Part shown: piece after piece, positions 34,117 to 46,425 of the stretch
How the letters are laid out: each line of letters starts with the position of its first letter
Position numbering within the stretch: the stretch's first letter is position 1
Source of the DNA: Curvularia clavata
Taxonomy: Eukaryota
Length of the DNA stretch: 64,000 bases
Direction of reading: 5' to 3'
NCBI GenBank assembly: GCA_023920165.1
Contig: CP089281.1
Span: 744,001-808,000, forward strand
Notes under the pieces: model-generated
What the model was told of the DNA's origin: nothing
The model's input: only the letters and a program-made list of their open reading frames with translations
The model's database searches: none
Program-made: the position numbers and the translations under genes

Positions 34117-35084
34117 ATGGCAGCCAAAGAGAAAAACACGCACGAGATAGAAAAGGCAAAGAAGCTAAACCATGTACCATGGTGCGAGGAGTATGAGAAG
34201 ATGATCTCAGGAATGCTGTATGTGTACAACCCTCTCTTTAATCTGACGTCATTTTGCCTTTCCATCTAGTAAACTAGATGCTGTGAAAAGGGTTAACTTT
34301 CAAACTCCACTTCCTCAACCCCAAATATCAACCCCATCAACGTCCCAGCTACAAGTCCATTCTCCACCCCTCAAACAAAAGTAGAAGAGATGAAGAAAGA
34401 ACAGAATCACTAACACCACCAGTTACAACGCCTTCACCCCCGACCTCAACGCTGCGCGCTACAAAGCCCGCGCTTTCGCTCACAAATACAACACGTGGTT
34501 TCCACCAGCAGACTCCGCCGACCCAGCCAAAGGCTTCGACATTCTCGCTTCTGAGCGCCTGAAAATGCTCAAAGAGATAATCGGGCACGTAGGCGATGAT
34601 GAAGTTTGTGTGTTCTCACCCAATTTCTTTTTCCTTTCTCATCCCAAATACTAATACAAATGAAAAAAAAGTCATTGAACCTCCCTTCAACATCGACTAC
34701 GGCTGCAATATTTCACTCGGACCCAGGTTCTACTCCAACTTTAACCTGACCATCCTCGACTGCGCCACCGTCACCATCGGCGCGCGCTGCATGTTTGGTC
34801 CCAACGTGTCTATCTTCGCGGCCACACACGAAACCGACGTCAAAAGTCGGCGTGATAATATCGAGTATGCGAAGCCAGTAGTGATAGGGGATGATTGTTG
34901 GGTTGGTGGGAATGTTGTGATTTTACCGGGAGTCAGGATAGGAAGGGGTGTTACGGTCGGGGCGATGAGCGTGGTGACGAAAGATGTGCCAGACTTTTGT
35001 GTGGTAATGGGGCAGCCGGCGAAGGTAGTGAAAAAGGTGGAGGAGGTGAAGAGGATGGAGGGGGATTTGGTGGAAGGTTCGTGA
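34117..35084 (+). CDS. Maltose/galactoside O-acetyltransferase (Mac domain plus hexapeptide LbH repeats); introns 34218-34422, ~34608-34671
   Basis: PWCEEYEKMISGMLY, FIEPPFNIDYGCNI, NFNLTILDC and IGDDCWVGGNVVILPGVRIG..GAMSVVTKDVP. Confidence 0.9.
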
Positions 35085-35709
35085 TATATTTGTGATACGA
35101 GAGAGAAGAGAGAAAACGATGTGTAGAACGAAACCTTCACTGCAATTGCACGTCGTAAGAGGCTAAAGCGCGAGCTGTTTTAAGTTTTTATCTAGCATTA
35201 TCTTGCCCTCACTCTATACAAGAAAAGAGAGAAGCTCACTAGCCCAAAAGTAACAGAAGACTTCTACTCGGAGGATTGCACACATACGTACTTAATCTCC
35301 AAACGACACCAAGCAAAACCAAGAGAAATGCACAAAAAAAAGGAACGCCAGCGCCGAAGCTAAGCTGGGACTAACAATGTACACTAAAAAAGATAAGGAA
35401 GTCGAAATAGAAACAAACCAAGGAATCTATGCCAAAGAGCACCCCACCTAAGACAAGAGCAAAGACACAGCACAAGCAGGCTTTAGCTGGCCTAAACACG
35501 GATTTCTCTCCTATCCAACCAGGGTTGAGCCGAGGTTGTACATGTCGCCACCTCCTAAGAGAAGCGCTACAAGCAACAACATAATAGGGACATGAAGGGA
35601 GACTCCAAGACAACGGACGATGGAAGGGGGCTTTGTCAATCTGCACCTCGGTTGATGAGAAAAAAGAAAAGGATAGTGAGACCAACCAGTCAACGTCAAG
35701 ACCATTGAC

Positions 35710-36716
35710 TTAGAGAATGGTGCAGCCGCCACTCTTGTCTTTGCTCGTCTTGACTTGAAGAGCGACACGAGCGGCTTCGGTGAAAGCTTCGTTGACACCT
35801 CGGTTCTTCATAGCAGAGCATTCTGAATCTTTATTAGCTTACTCCAATTAAGTCGATGAGACATAGAAGTACCGAGATATCGCAGGGCTTTGATCTTTTC
35901 TGCGACGCGCAAGCCCTCGTTGTAGTCAATGCATGGCTTCTCGGGCTGTTGGTCGTCGGCATCGTCATCATCCTTTTTCCGCAAGTCACACTTGAGCGCA
36001 ACCAGGACAAGCTTGACGCCTGGGCAGTTTTCGGCGATTTCGCCGACCCACTTTGTTTCTACGTTTTCAAGCGAATCGGGGGAGTCGACCTTGGGGTATG
36101 TAAGCAGCAGTCGGGAAAACACAGGACGGGAGTCTTGTACCGAAAAGCAGAGCATGATTGCATGGGTGTCATCGTAGCTCAAAGACCGCAGCCTGTCGAA
36201 TTCTTCCTGTCCGGCTGTGTCCCACAAGCTGAGCTCGACGTGTGTGTTGTCAATGTAAATGTCTGGAGCAAAGTGTCAATTGAGTCAAGCAAAGAGCCCA
36301 GGTTTGGTGTACGAACCGTGTACATAGTTTTCTGCGACGTTTGTTAGCAAAGGTTGGTTGTGTGAGGGATTGGATCGGGGCTCGTACCGAATACTGTGGG
36401 CTCACTAAGACGGCCTTGTCAGCCTCGGGCGCCAACACGACATGGGCAAAGTACTTACTAGACTGTTGGGAAGTATCTGCACAAAAAGTCAGCAAAACGT
36501 GTCAAAGAGGAGCGCATTCCCATACATACCCTCGTGTGAAAACGTTGAGCAGCGAGGTCTTACCGCAAGCACCATCGCCTCTGTTAGGTCTCTGTTAGCC
36601 CAGTTCCGTCGCAGCGTGGTTCCGACACCTAGATAAGCAGGCATGCCGAGCCAGAGACAGACATACAGAAGCACCAGCTTGCGCTGCACCGACTTTGTTC
36701 CACCGCACAGGGGCAT
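35710..36716 (-). CDS. RHO3: Rho-family small GTPase Rho3, multi-intron
   Basis: MPLCGG N-terminus, GDGACGKTS P-loop, YFPTVYEPTVFENY switch I, WDTAGQEEFDRLRSLSY, LKCDLR, ECSA and a C-terminal CAAX box (CTIL). Confidence 0.95.
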
Positions 36717-37922
36717 GGTGAGGAGCGAGGAGGGATAGGGACGCAGCGATGGGTGTGTTGTGCGGGCTCAGGGAGCAGAGAGGATGTGCGCGCGCGCGTG
36801 TTGGGTGGTACAAATGGCAGAGGGCGAGCGTGAGGGCCGTGGCAGCGAGGGCGGAGAGCAGAAGAGCAGGAGGGCAAGCGTCGCACGGGAGCGAGTTAGC
36901 AGCTGGCGGAAGAGGAGCTTGTGCCAGGTTGCTCGGGAGTGCGCGATGGTGGAGTGGAGAGGCAAACGACGGGGCGGATGGAGCAGTGGAGTTCAAGATG
37001 CACCCTCGCCGTGCGGGTTAAGCCTAAAAGGGCGATTAGTTCTGGTCACATCCGCGCGACCACCTCACAGCCTCGATAGCATGTGCTTAGGGGCCAAAGC
37101 GGCCAATGGCAGGCCGAAGAGCGGCGCAAGCGCATCGAGTAAGGTTGATGGGCAAGGAGCGGGAGAGCAGCAAGCATCGCAGACGGTGGCCAAACAGGGC
37201 CAGGGTCGAGGATGAACCACGGCGGGCGGCGATAGAGAGCGTCTAGAATACGAATGTCCGGGGAAGTGCACGTGTAAAGTAAGTCGACGACGCCGGCCCG
37301 CATCACCAAGGTCGAGCTACTACTGCCACTACCGGGTGCCGTACCAGATGGGCAATGTGCGGCCGACGACTGCACGCCACTCGTCGTCAGTCGCATCGCC
37401 GGGGCGCTTCTCCAGGCCGAGTCCCTGCATCCTAAAGCGCCCAACGTCGTCCAACACCATTGGATTCAGCAACGGCATTGAGGCGGCCAGGGAAGCCCGT
37501 CCAGCTGCCAGACTGGCGAGTGCCGGGTGGTGACGAGGGCGTCGAGCCAGTCCGTGCTGGCCAAGATGAAGGAGGGGGAATCCTGGTCTGGGAGCGCCAT
37601 TTCACGTGACAAGTCGATCTGCATTTGCATCTTGACCTACAAGTAGATAGCTACGTGGGCACGTATCATGTAAGCATGTAAGAATGGACTAACTGGGGAG
37701 CTCTCAACCCAGCCCCGCGCAAGTGGGGCGCCTCTGGCGTGCAGGCACCACCGCCTCAGCTAGGCAAACACGCCGCTGCGGGCACCACTACGCCATCGAC
37801 AAACATCATCTCAACTCCCCGCCCAGTGCTCTCGTCCCAGCATCTGCTTGACATCCGGCGGACAACCCCAGCCCTAATTGCATTGCACAACACATCCTTA
37901 GACCGCGCCCCGCGCCGCAACC

Positions 37923-39686
37923 ATGTCCGACGATGACGACTTCATGCAAGACTCGGGCGAGGAGGAGTAAGTCGCCCTGGCATCCATACACACACACTAT
38001 ACCCCCCGTCTAACCAGGACCCGAGGTACGACTTTGAATACGAGGATGACGATGACGAAGAGAGCGGCGATGTCGACATTGAGAACAAGTACTACAATGC
38101 AAAGCAGCTCAAGGCCGACGACCCCGAGGCCGCCATAGACGAGTTCCTCGGCATGCCTGCACTCGAGCAGGAAAAGTCGGAATGGTATGCCCAACTGGCG
38201 CCTGGCGTCACGCACATAGGCTGACGGACACAAAGGGGCTTCAAGGGACTCAAGCAGGCCATCAAGCTCGAGTTCAAGCTGGCGCGCTACGACAAGGTAC
38301 ATGCCTACCGCCACAACTCCAAAAGCGCCATGGCTAACCTCAGCACAGGCAGTCGAGCATTACAAGGAACTCCTCACCTATGTCAAGTCAGCAGTCACGC
38401 GCAACTACTCGGAAAAGTCCATCAACAACATGCTCGACTTTATAGAAAAAGCCGCCGAAGACGCCGACGCCTACCGCTGCATGGAACACTTCTATGCTCT
38501 GACCCTTGACATCTTCCAGAGCACAAACAACGAGCGGCTGTGGCTCAAGACCAACATCAAGCTCGCCCGCCTGTGGTTGGACAGAAAGGATTATCGCCAG
38601 CTTACCGAGAAGCTCCGCGAGCTGCACAAGGCCTGCCAGAGGGAAGATGGTACCGACGATCCAAGCAAAGGCACATATTCATTGGAGGTCTACTCGCTCG
38701 AGATCCTCATGTATGCTGAGACCAGGAACAACAAGCGCCTGAAGGCGAGTCTCGTCCCAACCCACTCGATTGCACGTGCACCCCTGCTAATTCATGGACA
38801 GGCTCTGTATCAGCGGGCTCTCAAGGTAAAGTCAGCTGTTCCGCATCCTAAAATTATGGGCATCATCCGCGAATGTGGTGGCAAGATGCACATGAGCGAA
38901 GGCAAGCACCCTGCGTAGCCACAGCACCCGACATGTGCAGTCAGATGCTAACTCATCCCAGAAAACTGGAAGGGGGCGCAAAGTGACTTCTTCGAGAGCT
39001 TCAAGAACTACGATGAGGCCGGATCCCTCCAGCGCATACAGGTTCTAAAGTATTTGGTCCTTGCCACCATGTTGTCGGGTTCCGACATCAATCCATTCGA
39101 CTCGCAGGAAACAAAGCCCTATCAGAATGACCCACGAATCTCCACCATGACTGACCTGGTCAACGCCTACCAGATGGAGGATATCCACGGTTACGAGAGG
39201 ATCTTGCAAAACAATAAGGACCTGCTCGAAGATCCCTTCATTGCCGAAAATATTGACGAAGTCACTCGCAATGTACGCACAAAAGCGATTGTCAAGCTCG
39301 TTGCGCCCTACACGCGCTTCACCCTGGCATTTATCTCAAAGCAGCTCAAGATTTCCCTTTCCGAGGTGCAGGAGATTGTAGGGTTTCTCATCGTCGATAA
39401 GCGGTTACGCGGCAAGATTAACCAGCAGAATGGAACGGTGGAGATTGAGAGTCGCACAGACATGGATCGGGTGCAGGCGATGAAGGAGTGGAGCAACGCC
39501 ATCGGATCGCTGTGGCAGACGGTGCTGAACGAGGGCGAGGGCTTTAAATCGGACGAGAATCCGTCTCAGTTTACGCCGGGCGGCGGCTCGGGCATGGGAT
39601 GGAATCAGAGCGCCATGGGAGGCAAAGGCGGGCGTCCAAGAGGCAAAGGCCCGGGACGACAGGTGGGCATGGTGGGCAAAGGATGA
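37923..39686 (+). CDS. CSN2: COP9 signalosome subunit 2 (PCI domain); includes two GC-AG introns
   Basis: MSDDDDFM..DIENKYYNAK, WGFKGLKQ, VTRNYSEKSINNMLD, NNERLWLKTNIKL, VPHPKIMGIIRECGGKMHM, DFFESFKNYDEAG and INPFDSQETKPY. Confidence 0.95.
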
Positions 39687-39995
39687 CCTGCATTGTCATG
39701 GACGGTTTGCTTCACACAAGACGACCTGGAACTGGGTTGTCGGGACACGGGCGGGACACGGTGGGTTGCACATTACCGTCACCCAGGCGTTTCCCACCTC
39801 AAGAGCCATATGAGACATGCGGTCAGGTTGCTCAGAGCGAGGGGTGAGGGTTGGCCGATCGGGTAGCACGAGACAAGCGGTTCCTTTCACACGCACCATA
39901 GGCGTTTCAACATGGTCACTTGGACGGGCGGAGATGCTCGGTCACGCAGCAGAGGAGAATGAATCAGCCATGGGTCAGCAACAGATGCTCCACCT

Positions 39996-40013
39996 TGTGT
40001 GTGTGTGTGTGTG
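39996..40013. repeat. (TG)9 microsatellite
   Basis: Read directly from the sequence. Confidence 0.85.
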
Positions 40014-40620
40014 TTTAGATGCAACACGGCCTCGTTTTGTCAATGCAACATTCCAAACGCCTGGTTGGAGCGGGTCATGGGTTGGGCAAAGACTGCCGCC
40101 ACGATGCGCCTCGGCTATGGCGAGGGACGTGACGCAGTGCATTGAAGCTTGGCTGATAGTGACCATGTGTGCGAATTGGACAAAAGCGTGCCTCCGACGA
40201 CAACGGCACCTCGCTCCGGGGAAGCGGGCACGGGACATGGGTTGCTCGACGCAAGCGAGCCCACGCCTTTCCTGACTCGCACCTTTGGCGTGGGATCACT
40301 GACTTGCCCAGTGCCCCAGTTGCAGGGCTATCGCTCGGGTGTGCGGGAAGCTAAACTCTTATTCTTATTTTTATTTTTTCCTGTCGCATCAGCGCCATGG
40401 AGCTCCACAGCGAATCACGGAGCCCACCCCCGGTCTCGCCTTGTTCTTGGACGCCACGGGTTGCCTCGATGATGCTGTGCTCGACAGAGGATTCCTGCCG
40501 TCGTGACACAGCAGCCTCACGTCTACTGCAAATGCTCCGGTTGGCAGTTGGGAGTGAGCCCCCCGGTTCTCTGTAGGTGGTTAGGCGAAGACAAGTCCTA
40601 ATGTCATGCGAAGAGTGACA

Positions 40621-40647
40621 AGAAGAAGAAGAAGAAGAAGAAGAAGA
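40621..40647. repeat. (AGA)9 microsatellite
   Basis: Read directly from the sequence. Confidence 0.9.
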
Positions 40648-40928
40648 GCAAGACGGGAACGAAGAGAGGCCGAATGGTCGTCCGCATGTACTGTCATTTC
40701 CAGAGGCCCCCGTTTATCACCACTAGATAGGCAAAAAAGGATTAGTTATCATCACACGCCGAGTCTTGTTGCGCATACAGTGCCGCTTCGCCCTGTCCTG
40801 GATGATGTGCCATGGGTCATGGCCTTTCCCCTCCCTTCTCCGCCCGCGCCGCCCCCCCCCCCTCTCTCGTAACGGGTTGCTTTTGTTTGATGTACTATCC
40901 AGACGCGGATCGTGTGCGTGTGTATGTA

Positions 40929-40946
40929 TGTGTGTGTGTGTGTGTG
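40929..40946. repeat. (TG)9 microsatellite within a longer degenerate TG tract
   Basis: Read directly from the sequence. Confidence 0.85.
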
Positions 40947-41560
40947 CGTGGCCTTGGTCTCGTACGCCGTCACGCCCGCCTTTGCCCTCTCTCTTGCACA
41001 CTCTTGCACAGGCACACAGGCACACGTCTATTCTCTTGCTCTCTTTCCGCCTCCCCAAGTCCGGCTACCCGGCCCCCGGTGCAACAGGAATCATAGGCCA
41101 CTGCAGAGCGGGCGAACGAAAAGGTTGTAGAGTGCGTTGGTGCCTGGCAGACTGGATTCGATTCAAGTGGTACGCCGCAGAAGATCAGACCTGTCTCTCC
41201 GATATATTGGCGCTGTGCCCCTGGACGCCTGTGGGTATCACAGCAACGACACAGCTTCCAGCCCAGCGCCGCAGGCCTCTGCGGCTACTAAAGGCGCCGC
41301 TGCCCTCGCCCCTGGTAGCCCGCGAGCGAATTGTTGCTGAGATCGATGCGCATTACCGACGCTGCTGTGGAATCCTTCTGTCCAATTGCCAGTCTTCAAA
41401 GCCAGTCACGCCCACCGCCCACCAAGGAAACCAACTCTAGACAAGTTCGCGGGGGGAGAGTGAGAGCATTTCCAGCTCTCCAACCTACCACCACGCCCAT
41501 CACCACCCACGCCCACCCGCACCAGTTCGCACCCAGGCCGACTCGCTACAGATAGTCGAC

Positions 41561-43551
41561 ATGAACAGACAGCCCGTGTTGACGGGCTTTCATCCTCACG
41601 GGCACCATCACCCGCATAGCCACCAGGGCCACTATGGAGTTCCGGCTCAGAGCCACTACCAAAACGGACTGGCGTTTGCTATCCGCGCCCCGGTCCTTCC
41701 CTCCGGGAGCTATAATCATCACCACACTGGCCACCACCAACATCAACAACAACTCAGTGGCCGCCAACACCGCAACCCCCACCTCACCATGGCTGCCTAT
41801 CCCTCCGACGAAGAGTATGCCCACTTGCAGAAGCTCTCGAGCGAGTTCCAGCCCGAGGCGACCGTGAGTTTTTAGCATGCGCCCGTCATTTTGCTCTGCG
41901 CGCTGACCGCTAAAGGGCCCACTTGTGGGCGAACGCCAAAGCAGCGCGGCCATCACCACCCAGTATGCTACGGCAGATCCCGTCTACCAAGTCAAGACGG
42001 CTGCGCTGCCAGCCAAATATGCCTACTTCCGCACCTGTCGTGGCGACGGCCATTGTGGATGGCGGGGTAAGTCGACGTCGCTTCTAGTAGCTTTGGGCTT
42101 GTCTTGCTTTGGCCCCAGGTGAGCTAACGCACAAACAGCAATCGCCTTCACCTACTTTGAAGCCCTGCTGAGCCTGGGTGACGTTGGCAAGTTTGAAGAA
42201 GAGGAAGCCCGTCTGAACTCGCTGGGCAACCTCCTCGACCACATTGGCTATTCGCGTGACATCTGGATCGACTTTGCCGAAGAAGCCTTCGAGCTCTTGC
42301 ACAAGCTTGCAAACTCGCTGCGCAACATGGATGGCCAGGCCGCTGACATCCTGCTCCGCACCTTCAACGACATGGGCGAGTCCATGGCAATCATCACCTA
42401 TGTCAAGGTGCGTCTTGTGCATCTCGCTCACTTCTTGACCCTGCTAACCATGTCCGGCAGCTGCTCGCCAGTGCCTGGGTGCAGACGCACGCAGACGATT
42501 TTGTCCATTTCATAGACAACGGTGACGTCAGGGGATACTGTGCTAACAACATCGAGCCCACGCAATGCGAGGCTGACAATGTCGGCATTGCTGCCCTGGC
42601 TGAAGCCCTCGTCAAGCCGGCAGGCTTTGGCATCGAAGTGTGGTATCTGGACCGCTCGCCCGGCGAGGAGATCAACCGCAGCTTCTACTCGGAACCAACG
42701 GATGCCCACCATCGCCCAATCCCCGGTGCCCCCATGCTGAGGCTGCTCTACAGGCCGTAAGTCGTCTCTACTCATAGAAACGCCAAGCCTCTCCCCCTTT
42801 GCTCATCTTCTGACTGTGACTAGTGGACATTACGATATTCTCTACAAAGCTGAGGACGTGCCCCAAGTCCAGCATCAGCCCGTTTCTCAGCAGCAGCAGC
42901 AGCCGCTCCAAGTGGCTCTGGCCAACTACGCCGACGAATTCATACCGACCGCAGCCAATGTTGGCGACGTCATGAACATGATTCCGGGAATCTATCCCTC
43001 TGGACTCGGCATAGGTCAGCGCTGGCCTTCACTGTCGTATGACTTCAATGCCAGCCCTGTTTCTCACTCTCAGGTTACACCTGTCCAACCATTTGCCCCA
43101 GCAGCAACGCCCATAACCCCGGTTACCAACTCACACCTAGACTTTGTTACAGCCATCCACACCAGCAATGCGAGCCAATATAACGCGCCGGCTCATCACA
43201 ACATGCACCTCGAACAGCCTCCTGTGGCACTGCCCGTACACCCTCCCCCGCCACCCGTGAGCATTGATAGAGCAGCTCCTATAGGCGTAGAAAGGGGTGG
43301 TCCTTTTAGGCCATCAATGTACGAACTAGAGCCTGGATTCGGTTCTTCAATGCAGGTGCAGCCATTCCAAACGTCCATATTCCGAAAGTAAGTACTCCTC
43401 TTGTGGCATACCAATACTCCGCTTACATTTGTCGAGTTCTCACTTCAACACGGCGCATTTTATGAACCCAGACTTTGAACCTGAGCAGTGGTGTCCGGAT
43501 GACGAATACGCCACCAGCAACAAAGGTCGACACAAGTCACATTCGTCTTAG
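41561..43551 (+). CDS. Otubain-type deubiquitinase (peptidase C65) with a His-rich N-terminus and Pro-rich C-terminus; 5 introns
   Basis: Catalytic motifs RTCRGDGHCGWRA and LLYRPGHYDILY, plus IEVWYLDRS and a C-terminal FRPSMYELE/FRNSHFNTAHF. An alternative start is the ATG near 41789. Confidence 0.9.
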
Positions 43552-46425
43552 ACACTCTACTTTACATGGTTCGCTTTCTTCCCGCTCTTCTTACGGCTTT
43601 CCTCCAATATCTTAGCGACACTTTCCGTACGGCCAGCATCCTCCTCCATATAGTCATCAACACTGACGAACAACGACGATCGACAAATTTTCTAACCCCT
43701 TCCTGAGCGCCCATCAATTATATCTGCACATGGAAAAGCGAAGGTACTTCGAGTGCCTATTTTCAGACTTATTTGGACATGCATCTGCCTTTGATCTATC
43801 ACCTATTCACTGTCCATTGTTCTTCCAGCGAGGGTGGAGTACTGTACTTTGTCTTCTCTTCCTTGCCAACCACCCCTCCTCAAGCATTCACGACCGTGAT
43901 GAACACCAAAGACTATCTGCCTCGGGGTGATCGACCTTAGTGTTGAACATCTTTATCATCGGTTTGTTTTTCTTCTTCTCCCCTTTCCCGTAGTATTATT
44001 AGCCAGAACTCAATATCCTCGGCCTGATTTTAGTCAGATACTCTCTCACACACACACACATACTTTTGTTTTTTCCTTCTCTGTTTAATACCAAACAGTA
44101 TTCGGTATGCGCTAGTCTTCTTTGTCGCTGCATGATCAAAGCCTGGCCACTCGCTTGCTGCTACTCGCAAAACGTGTGGTCGACAAACAGCAGCTGGGTC
44201 AGATATGACAGCCAAGAGCAACAAAAAAATAAACATACTCAACAACACTTTGCATTCCAAACGTATGTGTGTGCCAGTACCTGTGTGTAATGTGTGTATA
44301 CATGATGCAAGGCTTTGTTTTGCTGACTCTATAGTTCTATGCTACTATCACGCATGGTAGACCTCGGCATGAAATACCCGAGTCTGGGATTTCTCGAGGT
44401 GTGAGTGGGGAAGTAATCGGTTGTTCAAACCAAGTATTATTCCCTTGGCTATCTCTGTACTGTATATGTGCTTATCTCTGCTTATTCCTCTCTTATACTC
44501 ATGGGTGGGCAGAAGCAGAAGCAGAGGCATATGCTCATCATTAAGGCAACGAAGAAATCCGTTTTCTTGTCCAATTGGATACCTTTTCTCCTTGCCACAT
44601 CATGTCTCGCAAAGTGGAGCAGGTGTGGAGGTGAGAAAACTTCGCTTACAGAGAGTACTGTATGTCGGTCCGGCAAAGTGGAGAGAAGGGGAAAGGGTGG
44701 AAAAACAAGTTGAGTGGAGAACAGTGTCGGAATAAATATCAAAAACCTACCAGTAAAATCAGTTCTTGCGTCAAGGGTTCAAGACTCGCATAAAGTTGTA
44801 ATAGTACTACGTTGCTATAGCCAGCTAACACGTGGTTGCTACTAGCGAGGTTTGAGCATCTCGTTCGGTGGTCCACCCCCCGGGACCATTAATGCGTGGG
44901 TGGAAGGGGAAGCCGTGCGGGGAAACAGGATGCGCATACCGATGCATGGACGTTAAGGCGTGCCGCTCTTATTATCTTTTGCTATTACTGTTGATTCTTG
45001 GTGGTTGTTGGTGGTTGCTGTTGTGGTGGCCCTGATTGGAGAGTGAGACCCAGGATATGCCAAGTTTTCCTTGTTATGCTTCATTTTTTCCTCCGCGGTA
45101 AGGATAGATAGGTTCTGATGATGAGCATTGAAATTTGACTGGTGTGTGGAGAAGAGAGGGGGAAACGCAGGGGTATGCAGGCATAGTCGGCGACCTGTTC
45201 GCTTTTTACCCTTAATTATTTCCTTTTCTTGAGCGATACGGAGGGTTAAAAAGAAAGGACCGAAGAAGAAAAAGTAAAGAAAGACAAAATGGGGACAGCA
45301 ATGCGCCAGACGCGAACGCTTCAAAAATCAATGTTTTGTCAATGCATTGGTGCACATACCCGGAACGGACGTTCGCAGGATTCGACGATTGGGGCAGGGT
45401 TGCGCCTGGATCAAGGGCCATGCATTTCTTTTTTCCAATTTGTTTGCTTTTTTCTCCAGTCTATCTATCCTTGAGCCAGTCACGAAAGGCCGGAGGCACC
45501 GCCATGGAGAACGGGTCTGGCACGACTGTTATATTCGATGGGGTCTTCATATCAACAGGGGGCGGGCGGCATCCTGCATTGCATGTATGCGTGGGAAAAC
45601 TGACCGATCGTTCGATTGCAAGTCCCCATATGCAGTCTACATACGGTCCGCGCCCCGCTATCGGGTGAAGCAGGCATTCGATCTTGTTCCAGCATTGCAT
45701 GCGGCTAATCATCGTGCCTCTGTGCCTTCGGTGAGCGGATGTTGGCGTCATGTTCCACAGCAGCAAAAAAACAGAGACATTGTTCAGTTCTCTCCTCTTA
45801 CGCAGCATCTGTTTCTCCTATAGACAATCTACCAACGTGCAACTAACTGCAGTGCATAGTCGCCGCAGTGACACAGCAGAGAACGTCGAACATAGGATGC
45901 GTGATCGAACAAAACTGGACTACGCGTTCGAGCTTGGTCCTAATTGCAAGTACACCTGATGATGATCCGAGCGCAGAGCCCAAGACACGGCATCGTGCTA
46001 GCGTCGTGTAACCAAGTGCGTCAATGGTTACACAATGACAACAATCAAACATATAGGCTACCCCACTTTGTGAGAGTGGTGGCTTGGAGAGCCCGAGATC
46101 CGTGGTTCGTAATCTAAAGGAGGCGTTTTCAAGTGCTCTCGGAACACCACAGCAACTCCGTTGGGTATGAGGATTGCTCATAGCACTGCAAGATATTTCC
46201 CTTCAATGGCCACGAGGTGCGAAAAGTGGCACAGGGCGTTGGTAATAAGTGTCTCGCAAACATCTTGATGACCTGCTGTGATATACGAACAGGGTATCAA
46301 GGTCTCACGGGCTGATAGACGGAGCCAGGCACTAAGAAGCCAAGGACACAGTAGCAAGCATGCCCGGCATTTCCTCTCTCCTGTAACAGAGGAGAAATGC
46401 ATAAACCTCCAGCATTGACAAACGC

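Noticed and set aside
39817..41440. ORFs with poly-Arg and VCVC runs
   Set aside because: Produced by the (AGA)n and (TG)n microsatellites upstream of the otubain gene.
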